From contig CAVZSQ010000019.1 of assembly GCA_963777955.1 (NCBI GenBank), positions 352,001 through 416,000 of the forward strand: DNA of 64,000 bases, in the 5' to 3' direction. Source of the DNA: Calditrichia bacterium (GTDB lineage Bacteria; Calditrichota; Calditrichia; JAJRVZ01). The notes beneath the pieces are model-generated. The model worked only from the letters and a program-made list of their open reading frames with translations. It was not told where the DNA came from and made no database searches. A program made the translations under genes and the position numbers. Positions 23,190 through 33,590 of the stretch are shown here, in pieces. Within the stretch, counting starts at the first letter, position 1. Each line of letters begins with the position of its first letter.

Positions 23190-23669
23190 TTATTTATTCT
23201 TCCGGAATTTCCAGGGGGGTATAGGATCTTTTTCCTGCCATAAGCCCAATCTTTGTGCCCTGGCCTGCTGTTCCAGTTGAGCGAGGATTGCATCATCCGA
23301 ATATTTCGTATAGTGCCAGGCCAGGCCCTCTGCTACCTGAATATAATTCACGTTGATACTATCAACATAAATATCCGCAATAAGTCTGCCGTATCTGTCA
23401 TTTCCGAATGAGTACAGTTTTACCTGTTTTCCGAATACCAACTTAGAAAGACTTTCCTTACTTCTTTGACTGTAGGGCTGGTCTTTTTCCGGAGCATCAA
23501 TCCCGTTAAGCCGGACAATTTTTGTCTTCTGGTCAGCTGTCAGGATTTCTACGGTATCCCCATCTTTAATGCCGATTACCCGGCAGGAAATTGTTTTATG
23601 AGCAGAAAGGCAGAACAGCAGTACCACACATACTATCGCAAAAAACGCTGCTACTTTTATCAGACGCAT
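23190..23669 (-). CDS. Thermonuclease (SNase) family protein with signal peptide
   Basis: IKDGDT, VRLNGIDAPE, DRYGRLIA, ARAQRLGLW..PIPPWKFR. Confidence 0.93.
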   Translation of the reverse strand: MRLIKVAAFFAIVCVVLLFCLSAHKTISCRVIGIKDGDTVEILTADQKTKIVRLNGIDAPEKDQPYSQRSKESLSKLVFGKQVKLYSFGNDRYGRLIADIYVDSINVNYIQVAEGLAWHYTKYSDDAILAQLEQQARAQRLGLWQEKDPIPPWKFRKNK

Positions 23670-23701
23670 GAGATTATAATATCCGAATTTTCCTGTGCCA
23701 A

Positions 23702-23733
23702 CTTTGTCCCTTTGTCTCTTTGTCCCTCTGTCC
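23702..23733. repeat. Octamer tandem repeat (CTTTGTCC/CTTTGTCT x4)
   Basis: ctttgtcc ctttgtct ctttgtcc ctctgtcc; the same unit recurs at 30859-30913, 33401-33434 and 34047-34080. Confidence 0.8.
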
Positions 23734-23737
23734 CTTA

Positions 23738-26700
23738 TTATTTCAGCAATATAAATTTCCTGGTTTGATTAAATCCATCCCCTGTCTGCAATCTGTACAG
23801 ATACATACCACTGGCCAGACCTTTAGCATTGTAATGAAAAGTATGGTTACCGGCAGCTTTTATTTCATTCACCAAGGTCATGACCTTTTTGCCGGTGATG
23901 TCATATACTTCCAGCAGTACATGGCTTCTTTTAGGCAGCGCATACATTATATTCGTAGACGGATTGAAAGGATTGGGAAAATTCTGGGCCAGTAAATGCG
24001 TTAACGGCAAGATATCTCTGGAGTCGACGGATGCGAAGGTTGCACCGCGGACACCGATGTAATCAAAACTCATCCAGTACCAAAAACCATGCAGAGCAAT
24101 TTCATTGCTACCGGCCTGAAGTTGAACCAATAATCCCTTTTGCAGCCAGATGCTGATATTGGGTGCGGTAAATTCCACCACGCCAACCGTATCGCCGTTA
24201 ATTACCAGATACTGTGACTTGGGTGATTCATAAGTCATTTGATAACAGATAGTGAGCAGATATTCACCACTGCCCGGGACATTGATATTATTAAAAGTAA
24301 TGGTCCAGGCATCGCGCATTTGCCTGTACTTGCCGGCGCTGGCTGCAGCGTTGTTAACGATGCTGGTCTGACCTGTGGTCGCTGCCAGTTCCGCTTCGAA
24401 ACGGGTTATGGAGCCATTGTCTATGTAAATAATCAAAGGATCGGATTGGACGGTCAGGTTGCTGTCATCTGTAACGACTGCCGTAAGCTTATAATCTTTG
24501 ACTTCAGCCGGAGTCCAGTTCATTTCAAAAGGTGCCGCATTATCCGTACCCAGTGAATCGCCATCAACATAAAAAACTGCTTCAACAACTTCCCCATCGC
24601 CATCCGTGGTTGTAGCCGTTATAGTTACTTCTGTTCCAACCACAAGCACATTACCTAAATTTGTATTTACCGTGACATTCGGCGGATTTTTTGCAGAGAG
24701 TTTTCCATAGACGGCAATTTCATATAATGAAAAACCATACTGTGTTCCCCGCTGCAGTCCATGCATGCGTAAAAACCGCGCGCTGGGAAAATTCTCAAAG
24801 ACGATGTTATCCTCTCCCCCGTTGCCGGTTGGTTCGGAATAAACGGACTTCCAGAGATAGCCATCGTACGATACCTCTACATTATATTGTGAACCGTAGG
24901 CAGACTTCCCAGTAGAGAATGACCCGCTCGATGTCAATAATATCCGCAAATTCGACAGCAATCCATTCGTCATCAGGATTGTCATCCAGGTTTGAATCGG
25001 CAGGTGCATCTGTCTTCCAGGCGCTGCTCCAGCGGGTTTCCATGTCTCCATCCACGGCAAAACCCGCTACCAATTCATCGCCGCAGCAGGCTTCAAAGGT
25101 TGAGACAGTGACCGGCCGGTTCAAAGCGCGGTTGATCTGGCTCGGATCAAGAACAGTGATAGCCAGTATGGCGGTATCCTGTTCCGCTGCATTCTCACGA
25201 TTTACGGCGATCAGCGTGTAAGAGGTATCCTGCAATGGAGTTATGGCCTGTGTCCCGGTTGAATCGACCGGCACTCCATCCAGAGTAATTGTGGAAGCGC
25301 CAAAGACCAGCCAGGATAAGGTTGTGCTCTGTCCCTGTTCCACCACTGTGCGTGCCGATCGGAAATAGGCAATTTTAAAGCCGGGATTTACGTAAACTTT
25401 GAAAGGTGCTGCCGGCAGGCCTTCGGCATTATAAAGATTGGCATGAAGCGGATTATATTCCCAGGCATAGCGCACTATAGATGGTTCCGGCACCGCATCA
25501 TTCCAGACAATTACCGAATCGTTCTCGATGACGAGCTTCAGCCCAGTGTAATTGTTCATCTTCACCGGCAACGACAAAGGAACCTACCTTGCCGGCCAGT
25601 GAATCAGCAGCGACTAATCCGCTGCCCAGGTGGTCATAATTGATCACAATCCGACCGTCCGGCCGCATTCTATTCGATTTGTAACGCGGCCCGGAATAAA
25701 CGATATCTTCGCCATAGGCCACCTTGCGGCCGACCAGGGAGAGCCGGTATCCGACCGGTTGTTTGTAGGTGGGATGAATATCTTCACCGCCGACATCAAT
25801 GGTGATCGCTTCTCCCGTATTGGGCAGTGTTAAGGCTTCACTCTGGGCCGCACGCAGGACCGGCCAGGCGTCCCAGGTTTGCGGTTGATCAGACGGGGTA
25901 CCATAATTGGGCAATTGCACCCACAGGAAAGGTATATCGCCGAGTCCCCACAGCCCGCGCCAGCTATTGATGAAGTTTTTGAAATTATAACTGTACGCCA
26001 GTGCATCCTCCATATTGTCGGCATTGGATTCACCCTGATACCACAGCACCCCTTTTATAGCATAATTGTGCAGCGGATGGATCATCTTGTTATATAATAG
26101 TGTCGGTTGTCTTTCCGTTTCACCGCTGGCCATGGTGGTATCCTCTTCGTCATAGCCAAGCATGTCTTCACTCATCCAGGCTTCGATCCTGCTGCCGCCG
26201 TAGGATATGTTTAATATGCCAATGGGAATGTTGACATGCTGACGAAGATTTTTGGCGAAAAAGTAGGCTACCGCACTGAAATTGCTCACATAGGATGAAG
26301 TAGCCGGCGACCAGCTGCCCCCGGCCAGTTCTTGCTGCGGTTCTGTTGCCGAAGATTTGGGCACTTTAAATTCCCGGATCAGTTGATCATTGGCGGCGGC
26401 AATAACCTGCGCAGCGCTATCCGTTTGACTCACCGCGAATTCCATATTGGATTGTCCTGAGGCTAACCAGACATCGCCGACATATACAGCGGTGCGGTTT
26501 ATAGTCTGACCGGCGGAGGTTGCGCTCATAGTATACGGACCGCCGGCAGAGGTCGGCGGTAATTCAATCTGCCAGCGCCCGGAGTCATCGGTGACCGTGG
26601 TGTAGGTGGCCGACTGAAAGGTGACTTTTACCGTATCCCCGGCAGTACCCCAGCCCCACAACGGAACATTAGTATCCCGTTGTAAGACCATGCCGTTACC

Positions 26701-26892
26701 GAACGGTTGGGCCATCCGGAATTGGGCTTTAGTATCGGAAGTAAAACAAACTATTATTATCATGGCCATGAGCAAAATCCGAAAAAACTTAAATACCGAA
26801 CGCCGGTATGCTTTCAGATTATTCTGGAATTCTAAACGATGGAGTCTTGATATCTTTGGATCTGAAGCAGGTTGAGAACTTGGCAGAAACAT
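23738..26892 (-). CDS. Modular secreted sialate O-acetylesterase (SASA) + discoidin/F5-8 + Ig-like + CBM-like + T9SS/FlgD-type C-terminal domain; two frameshifts (~25570, ~24900)
   Basis: GMVLQRD, GDVWLASGQSNM, GVLWYQGESN, DIHP, VRYAW..NLYNAEGLPAAPF; AVDGDMETRWSS; AVFYVDG; RFEAELA; QNFPNPFNPSTNIMYAL...LASGMYLYRL. True start may be downstream of 26892. Confidence 0.8.
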
Positions 26893-27450
26893 GGAGAGTT
26901 CCTTTCATACTTAAAAATATTTATACATTCTAATCACTGCACTTCGATAAAAACTACAATCTGATTCATATCTGACTTGTATTTAAATATTTTTGATGCA
27001 AAAGTATAAAGATAAATATATTTATAAACAAGATAGTTCTGGTACGTTTATTAGCTGGAAGTAATAATCTGAACAACTATGAAATAGTACAGGAGATGTT
27101 AAAAAATGGAAGTAATTGCAGTTTTGAAATTCCTTGTCTAAAAATCAGGAATTATAAATGTCGCTAATAAGTTACACCAGATAAAACAACAAAAGAAATA
27201 AGATAGATATAAATATGAAATTTTTTACGACATGGATTGAGGTATTTCTTTTTATGAGGATTGGTGAAAACACTTACCGGTTTATGCTACTGGCAAACAG
27301 GATTAAAAACAGTATAAAAATTAATAATTACCTGATTATTTAATTAAGGCGATTTAATTATTAATGTGTTAACCCATTTATCAAGTGTTTTATCAGAAAC
27401 TGATTTTGTAGTAAGTGAAACCAATGAATCAAACAGTAAGGAGAACTGTT

Positions 27451-28280
27451 ATGAAGAATAAAATAGTTACCTCAGTAGCAGCGGCTTTAGTTCTTAGCAT
27501 TATTTCAGTCTGCAGTATTTGCAGATGGCGGCAGCAAAGATGTAAAGCTCCACATTAATCCCAAATGGGAAGAATGTTCATTTCAACTCGATCCAGCACT
27601 GACTCAGAAGGCCTGGCATCAGTTTACACGGGAAGGCGGCCTGGTTGTTTATTTACGTTCACTTAACGATGCGCGTCCGCTGGGCAGCGGTAATTATGAA
27701 TTTTCAATCCTGCAGTGGGCTACAAAATTTGATGACACCGACGCTGCCTGGAACGATACTTTTGTTCATCCCGATTCCACCCACTGGCTCAAGGATGGGG
27801 ACAGACTGGCATTTCCCGGGGCAATGTTCAGGGCTGGTATCACGGACAGAATTGACGTCGGCGCCTATCTGACCAAGAGTTTCGGGGCAAACTATGGATT
27901 CTGGGGCGGACAGGTTCAATATAATTTTGCCAGCGGTTTCAAAAAGGATTGGGCGGCTTCCGCCCGTTTAAATTTTGTATCCATGTACGGCCCGGAAGAC
28001 TTTTCCTTTACGGTCTATGGCCTGGATTTGATGGCGAGTAAAGCCTACCCGGTATACTCTGACTGGGTTTCCGTTTCGCCTTACGCAGGTGTTTCAACTT
28101 ATTTATCGAACACCCACGAAACAACAACTAAAGTCGATCTTAAAGATGAGCATGTACTGGGTGTTCAGGGTATCGGTCGGCGCTGTTGCCCAAATTTCTT
28201 TCGCCAGGCTGGCTGCAGAATACAATTTTGCGGTGGTTAATTCGATCTCCTTCAAGATCGGGATTAGGATTCTAGTTTAA
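27451..28280 (+). CDS. Exported hypothetical protein, probably an outer-membrane beta-barrel; two frameshifts (~27515, ~28170)
   Basis: AAGGAG RBS and ATG 27451 signal peptide; continuous frame 27521-28170 (DVKLHINPKWEECSFQL...RAGITDRIDVGAY...) and C-terminal 'RLAAEYNFAVVNSISFKIGIR' in a third frame. Confidence 0.55.
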
Positions 28281-28326
28281 AGGGGAGTATCCGGTTTTAT
28301 ACAAACATTTGATGCCTGGCATCAAC

Positions 28327-28426
28327 CCGCAACTCAAGAGTTGCGGCTACCACTTATGCCCTGAATTATCTAACGCATCCTGCCTAACGGTGGCTGCCAT
28401 CTTACCGGTGTTAAGGATGCGGCTAC
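28327..28426. repeat. Pair of GTAG-type REP hairpins (copy 1)
   Basis: CCGCAACTC-AA-GAGTTGCGG-CTAC and CGCATCCT-32nt-AGGATGCG-GCTAC; near-identical cassette at 33323-33391. Confidence 0.75.
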
Positions 28427-28451
28427 CGGTTTTTCTTTGTGCCTGTGTCTC

Positions 28452-28501
28452 GATTCCCGCCTACATACGATCAAGCGTGCCATACGCTTAGCGGGAATGA
28501 C
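28452..28501. repeat. GATTCCCGC...GCGGGAATGAC palindromic repeat (dRS3-like arms) with 30-nt loop
   Basis: Same arms at 49742-49792; related short form GATCCCGGC-TTTC-GCCGGGATGAC at 40046-40069. Confidence 0.65.
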
Positions 28502-28553
28502 ATTCTGGACAAATTTTCTCAGGGACTCAGGGACTTTGGTACTCGGTCCTGTG

Positions 28554-28579
28554 TTTAGTGCCGAAGGAGGGACTTGAAC
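28554..28579 (-). repeat. Duplicated 3' end of tRNA-Leu (att-like direct repeat)
   Basis: TTTAGTGCCGAAGGAGGGACTTGAAC versus TTTAGTGCCGAAGGAGGGACTCGAAC at 33438-33463 (25/26 identical). Confidence 0.85.
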
Positions 28580-28794
28580 TATCACCCTCTTGCCTTGCGG
28601 CCGCGAACGTCGATACAGTGACTATTGCCTATTTATATTCTTTATTGTAAATCTGTTTGATTTTCAAGCCGTGATTGGTAAATTTATTAGCAGGCGAAAG
28701 GAGCAGAAGAGATCAGTAGCAACCGATGCTTATCTTTTCTCCACTGCTTGCGAGTATTTAACTGCAAAAACCAAACCTGCCCATTTCTCCAAAG

Positions 28795-30762
28795 ATGAAA
28801 AAGACCGCATTAATTGTGATAATTATTTTTTTCGGCTTGCTGGCAGCAGCGCTAATTTTCCGGCAATCGTTGACGGAAATTATTATTAACCGTGGTCTGC
28901 AGCGCTTCAATGAACACTACCAGGCGAAATTTACAGTCGGTTCCTTCGCTTTCGATGGACTTTCAGGATTAAGTTTCAGAAATATTACCCTGAAACCATT
29001 ACGAGGTGATTCACTGATGAGAATCGGATACTTCCATGCCAATATCAATATAAGAAAGTTGCTTAGTTTCAAACTTGCCCTCGGAAACCTGGAAATGAAG
29101 GATGTCTGGTTCCATTTTGTGCGGTGCGATAGCTTGACCAATTATATGTTTCTGTTCGACAACGGCATAAAGACAGCTGCTAAATTAGTTCAACCTGAAC
29201 AGCCGGTAGATTACGCCGATCGTGTTGATCGCATACTCAATGCCATATTCGATAAAATTCCTTCGTCTATTACCATTAACAACCTGCGTATAGCTGCAAA
29301 TATGAATTCCAACGAATTTGGGTTTTACCTGGAGCAGCTGGCAGTTTCCGGTCACGAATTTGAAACTCTGATTGTTGAAACCGATAATGGTAAAATAACG
29401 CCGTGGGTGTTGCGAGGTGACCTTGATCCAGGAAATCGCTCAGCCCGGTTTAAATTGTTTGCTCGCAATCACCAGGCAATTGTATTCCCTTACATCGACC
29501 AGCGCTGGAATACGCATATCTCTTCCGACACGCTGCATTTCAGCCTGGCGAGAACCGGCATCACAGATAATGTTCTTACATTAAGCGGCCTGGCATCGGC
29601 GAGCAACCTGGTAATCAACCAGCCACGCCTCAGCAGCAGCGACGTATTTTTTGAACGTGTCCTTGCAGACTATCGCATCAATATTGCCCCGAATTATTTC
29701 GAACTTGACAGTACCAGCAGCTTCCTCTTCAACAAAATAGAGTTAAATCCTTATCTATGTTTCAGAGCAGAGCCAAGTGAGCAAATCACCATCATTCTCA
29801 ACAAACCGGATTTCAATGCGAATGATTTTTTCGAATCGCTGCCAAAAGGCTTGTTTTATAATCTTGAAGGGATCAAAGCCAGCGGTGACCTGGGTTTCCA
29901 TTTCAATTTTTTGGTGGATTTGGCCAGACCCGATGACCTGGTTTTCTCCTGCGATCTGGAGAAACAGCATTTCAGGATCATGAGTTATGGTAACACCGAT
30001 TTTAGTAAAATGAATGCACCGTTCATATACACTGCCTATGAAGGAGGTGTCGCGGTGCGCACTTTTGAAATTGGACCAGCCAATCCCAATTTTCGGAAGC
30101 TGGATGCCATCCCTGCTTATTTAAGGAATGCCATCATGACTTCCGAAGACGGGCAATTCTTTAATCACCATGGATTCCTGCTGGATGCTTTTCGCCAGGC
30201 TATTATCACCAATATAAAGGAACGCCGGTTTGCCCGTGGCGGCAGCACCATAAGCATGCAACTGATTAAAAACGTTTTTCTGAACCGGAACAAAACCATC
30301 ACACGCAAACTGGAAGAAGCGCTCATTGTATGGCTGATAGAGAATAACGAGTTGAGCAGCAAGAACAGGATGTATGAAGTTTACCTGAATATTATAGAGA
30401 TGGGACCCATGATTTATGGGGTAAACGAAGGTGCGCAATTTTATTTCGGAAAAGATGTATCGCAACTTTCGCTGGCCGAGGCCATTTATATGGCCAGCAT
30501 AGTACCGCATCCGAAATGGTTCAGGTATTCTTTTGACCGGGATGGCTACCTGCGCGACTTCCTGGCTTCGTATTATAAACTTGTATCGGAAAAAATGTTT
30601 CACAAAGGGCTCATCACACAAAAAGACTATGATGCGTTGTTGCCCCAGGTTGTATTGAAAGGGTCTGCCAAATGGGCTATACTCCCGCCTGATTCCATTC
30701 CTCCCGTTTCAGTCAAGTCAGATTATTCTACCGAAATGCAGGCGTCTGCGGAGGCGCAATAG
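28795..30762 (+). CDS. GT51 peptidoglycan transglycosylase-domain protein (no transpeptidase domain)
   Basis: TSEDGQFFNHHG, RGGSTISMQLIKNVF, RKLEEAL, YLNIIEMG, GVNEGAQFYFGK; N-terminal TM and long beta-rich region. Confidence 0.88.
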   Translation: MKKTALIVIIIFFGLLAAALIFRQSLTEIIINRGLQRFNEHYQAKFTVGSFAFDGLSGLSFRNITLKPLRGDSLMRIGYFHANINIRKLLSFKLALGNLEMKDVWFHFVRCDSLTNYMFLFDNGIKTAAKLVQPEQPVDYADRVDRILNAIFDKIPSSITINNLRIAANMNSNEFGFYLEQLAVSGHEFETLIVETDNGKITPWVLRGDLDPGNRSARFKLFARNHQAIVFPYIDQRWNTHISSDTLHFSLARTGITDNVLTLSGLASASNLVINQPRLSSSDVFFERVLADYRINIAPNYFELDSTSSFLFNKIELNPYLCFRAEPSEQITIILNKPDFNANDFFESLPKGLFYNLEGIKASGDLGFHFNFLVDLARPDDLVFSCDLEKQHFRIMSYGNTDFSKMNAPFIYTAYEGGVAVRTFEIGPANPNFRKLDAIPAYLRNAIMTSEDGQFFNHHGFLLDAFRQAIITNIKERRFARGGSTISMQLIKNVFLNRNKTITRKLEEALIVWLIENNELSSKNRMYEVYLNIIEMGPMIYGVNEGAQFYFGKDVSQLSLAEAIYMASIVPHPKWFRYSFDRDGYLRDFLASYYKLVSEKMFHKGLITQKDYDALLPQVVLKGSAKWAILPPDSIPPVSVKSDYSTEMQASAEAQ

Positions 30763-30875
30763 CGAGCCGCAAGAAGTAATTTTGTTGTTGCAGCAGTTAT
30801 AAGTCGCTACTCGATCCAAAGATAGCGGTTACTACTGCCCTATCACCTAAGTATTTTCCTTTGTCTCTTTGTCCC

Positions 30876-31766
30876 TTACTTTGTGCCTATGTGCCTTGCT
30901 TGCGCCTTTGTCCCTTTCCCAAGTCTTGGAATACAAAGGGCAGCAGCACCCACTACTCCAACCTCTTCCAGTTCGGAAACCTCAATCTTTAAATCCAGCA
31001 CTGCCCGCTGATAAGCGAATTTCTGTAATGCTTGCCACATTGAGTTTTTAAAGAATCGAAACGAACGACTTACCGCACCGCCCAGGATAATCATTTCCGG
31101 ATCAACGGTATACATCACGAACATAATTGCCTCACCAAGATGACTACCGTACTCAGCAAAAGCGTGCAACGCTTTTGTTTCCCCCTGGCTGGCCCGAATG
31201 GCCATCTCTTCGCCGGAAACACCATGAAAAGTACTGAAGAATGTTCCGCTGCAATAATCTTCCAGGGTGCGATCACGGAAAGGAATGCAGCCAAATTCTC
31301 CCGCACCACAGTGGCGACCGCTGTAAAGTTGATCATTGATAATTAATCCTGCACCAACCCCGGTTCCCAGCACCATACCCACGACATGGTGATATTCCCG
31401 GGCTTTACCAAACATTCGCTCACCCAGCACAAAACAATTTGCATCATTGTTAACAAAAACCGGTACTTGATAGCGGTTTTCCAGAAGACTTTTTAACGGG
31501 ACCTCTTTCCAGGAGGGGATGTTAAGCGTGTCGTAAACAATTCCCTTTTCCACATCGACTACCGTCGGCACTCCGATCCCGATTGCCTCAAATGGCAGAC
31601 TACGTACTTCATCGATTATCCGGTACAGCGTCTGCAGTACCTCTGCTGCTGTTCCGTGGGCATTATATTTCTGTGAAAGTAGGCGCAGGATTTTGCCATT
31701 CTGTATCACACCCAGCCGGGCATTGGTCCCGCCCAGATCAATACCTACCCAATATTTTCCCTGCAT
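30876..31766 (-). CDS. ROK family sugar kinase (glucokinase-like)
   Basis: VGIDLGGT, VNNDANCF, LGTGVGAG, AGEFG, ILGGAVS; start at ATG 31766. Confidence 0.9.
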   Translation of the reverse strand: MQGKYWVGIDLGGTNARLGVIQNGKILRLLSQKYNAHGTAAEVLQTLYRIIDEVRSLPFEAIGIGVPTVVDVEKGIVYDTLNIPSWKEVPLKSLLENRYQVPVFVNNDANCFVLGERMFGKAREYHHVVGMVLGTGVGAGLIINDQLYSGRHCGAGEFGCIPFRDRTLEDYCSGTFFSTFHGVSGEEMAIRASQGETKALHAFAEYGSHLGEAIMFVMYTVDPEMIILGGAVSRSFRFFKNSMWQALQKFAYQRAVLDLKIEVSELEEVGVVGAAALCIPRLGKGTKAQARHIGTK

Positions 31767-31851
31767 AGTTCTATCCTCTTCAATTCTGACTCCGATCCAA
31801 TTGCGGCATTTATAAGTGTGATTGTAAAATTTTAATCGGAACAGTATTAAT

Positions 31852-33117
31852 TTATAAATCTCTATTACTATTTTGTCTCTTTGACCAAATCGTTTCATTG
31901 ACAACCAGTGGCCTGGCCCAGAATCCCACAGCAAAAATCCAGCCCAGGGTCAGATACAGGAACAGCATACCTGATCTCAAACCAAAAAAATCCCCGATTT
32001 GTCCGATGATCAGGGGAATAACAGCGCCGCCAATAATGGCGGAGCAGAGAATTCCGGAGAAGGTACCATGGTGTTCAGAAACGGAATTTAAGGCCAGTGA
32101 AAAAATGACTGGCCACATGACCGAAAGGAAAAATCCCATCAGGGGAAAAGCCAGCAGTGCAACCTGCAGCGGTCCAAACAGTCCCAGGCCCAGGCAAATC
32201 AAGGCCGCCGCCGAAAATCCAATTAATACACGCCGGCTATCGATCAATTTCAGCAATAACATACCCACCAGGCAACCGATGGTCATCAATCCCCAAAACC
32301 AGGATACCGTATCGGCGCCTGTCGTTTGCGGATCGATATAATGGTACGTACTTAAGAATTGGGAAATCCAGTTAGCGGTTCCCTGTTCAGATCCAACGTA
32401 GGCAAAAATGCTGATGAAATAAAGCCAGACCAGAGGTTTTTTAAATAACAGATAGTGTGTTGCCCAGGTACCGGTTTTTTCTGCAGCGGTCCGCTGTACC
32501 GCCGGAAAACGGAAAAAAAAGATACCACTGACCATTAATAAAGTTATCGCGGTAAAAATCCAGTATACGGATACCCACGGTAGATCGACCGGAATTAACC
32601 GCGCTAGAACAGCGCTGAGCCAATCTCCTGGCGCTGCCGGGTCGTGTAAATTCTGGACCAGGTAAGAATAGATCTGCGGGCTGATAAACGATGCGGCGCC
32701 GAAGATAACCTGGGCAAAAGTGGAGTTGAAAGCATAATGTTCCTCGCCTCCGGCTACACGCAGCAGCGGATTTATAGCCACCTGCAACATAGCCATACCG
32801 AGACCGATTACAAAAAGGGAACTGATAGCCACTCCATAGCGGGGAAAGAGGGCAAAACAAAAAGCGCCACAGAAAGCGACCAGGAAGGAGACCAGGATGA
32901 CCGTTTTTTCCTTGTAAACTTCGATCAGCATACCGGCCGGTATGGACATTACTCCGTAGGCAATAAAAAAGGAAAAAGGTAACAGAGCAGCAGCAGTCAG
33001 ACTCAACCGAAAACTGTTAATGATATCGGGTATAATTGGTCCCAGGATATTCGTCAACAGGGAGATAACGAAGAAGATCAAAAAAATCAATCCGACCAGT
33101 ACAGGATTTCGTTGCAT
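31852..33117 (-). CDS. MFS sugar transporter (FucP/GluP-like)
   Basis: ~12 TM; LQVAINP, FAYVGSEQG, SVMWPVIFSLA, IIGGAVIPLIIG; GGAG RBS before ATG 33117. Confidence 0.9.
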   Translation of the reverse strand: MQRNPVLVGLIFLIFFVISLLTNILGPIIPDIINSFRLSLTAAALLPFSFFIAYGVMSIPAGMLIEVYKEKTVILVSFLVAFCGAFCFALFPRYGVAISSLFVIGLGMAMLQVAINPLLRVAGGEEHYAFNSTFAQVIFGAASFISPQIYSYLVQNLHDPAAPGDWLSAVLARLIPVDLPWVSVYWIFTAITLLMVSGIFFFRFPAVQRTAAEKTGTWATHYLLFKKPLVWLYFISIFAYVGSEQGTANWISQFLSTYHYIDPQTTGADTVSWFWGLMTIGCLVGMLLLKLIDSRRVLIGFSAAALICLGLGLFGPLQVALLAFPLMGFFLSVMWPVIFSLALNSVSEHHGTFSGILCSAIIGGAVIPLIIGQIGDFFGLRSGMLFLYLTLGWIFAVGFWARPLVVNETIWSKRQNSNRDL

Positions 33118-33322
33118 GGGATGGGATCTCCTTTTATTTGGTTGACCTTCCCCCCGAAAACTGGACAATTTGAAATTAGAGTTCAACTTAATAAAATAAG
33201 AAAAGTAAAATAGATCGATTTAGGAACTTTCAGATAAACAAATATTTTAGATGTGGATCTGTTAAAACAATTAATACTCTCCAGGAAGGGAGAATATGGA
33301 TTTTCTCTAGTATTATTATTCA

Positions 33323-33391
33323 CGCAACTCAAGAGTTGCGGCTACCATTCATGCCCTGATTTATTTAACGCCTCCTAAAGGATGCGGCTAC
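33323..33391. repeat. Pair of GTAG-type REP hairpins (copy 2) downstream of tRNA-Leu
   Basis: CGCAACTCAAGAGTTGCGGCTAC and CGCCTCCTAAAGGATGCGGCTAC. Confidence 0.75.
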
Positions 33392-33442
33392 CGGTTTTTC
33401 CTTTGTCCCTATGTCTCTTTGTCTCTTTGTCCCTGTTTTTAG

Positions 33443-33528
33443 TGCCGAAGGAGGGACTCGAACCCTCACGAGTTATCACACTCACTGGATTTTGAGTCCA
33501 GCGCGTCTACCAGTTCCGCCACTTCGGC
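33443..33528 (-). tRNA. tRNA-Leu (anticodon CAA)
   Basis: GCCGAAG/CTTCGGC acceptor stem, GGAACTGGTAGACGC D-arm, CTGGA-CT CAA AA-TCCAG anticodon arm, long variable arm, GGTTCGAGTCC T-loop; CCA not encoded. Confidence 0.96.
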
Positions 33529-33541
33529 TAATGCGATTTGG

Positions 33542-33570
33542 AATTTAAACAGATTAAATTTTAATGTCAA
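33542..33570 (-). promoter_or_regulatory. Sigma70-type promoter of tRNA-Leu
   Basis: Minus strand TTGACA-17 nt-TAAATT, 13 nt upstream of the tRNA 5' end. Confidence 0.65.
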
Positions 33571-33590
33571 ACGAACACAACGATTCGTAT

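Noticed and set aside
26893..27450. ncRNA or riboswitch in the long AT-rich gap
   Set aside because: No recognisable conserved motif or stable GC stems; consistent with divergent promoter DNA
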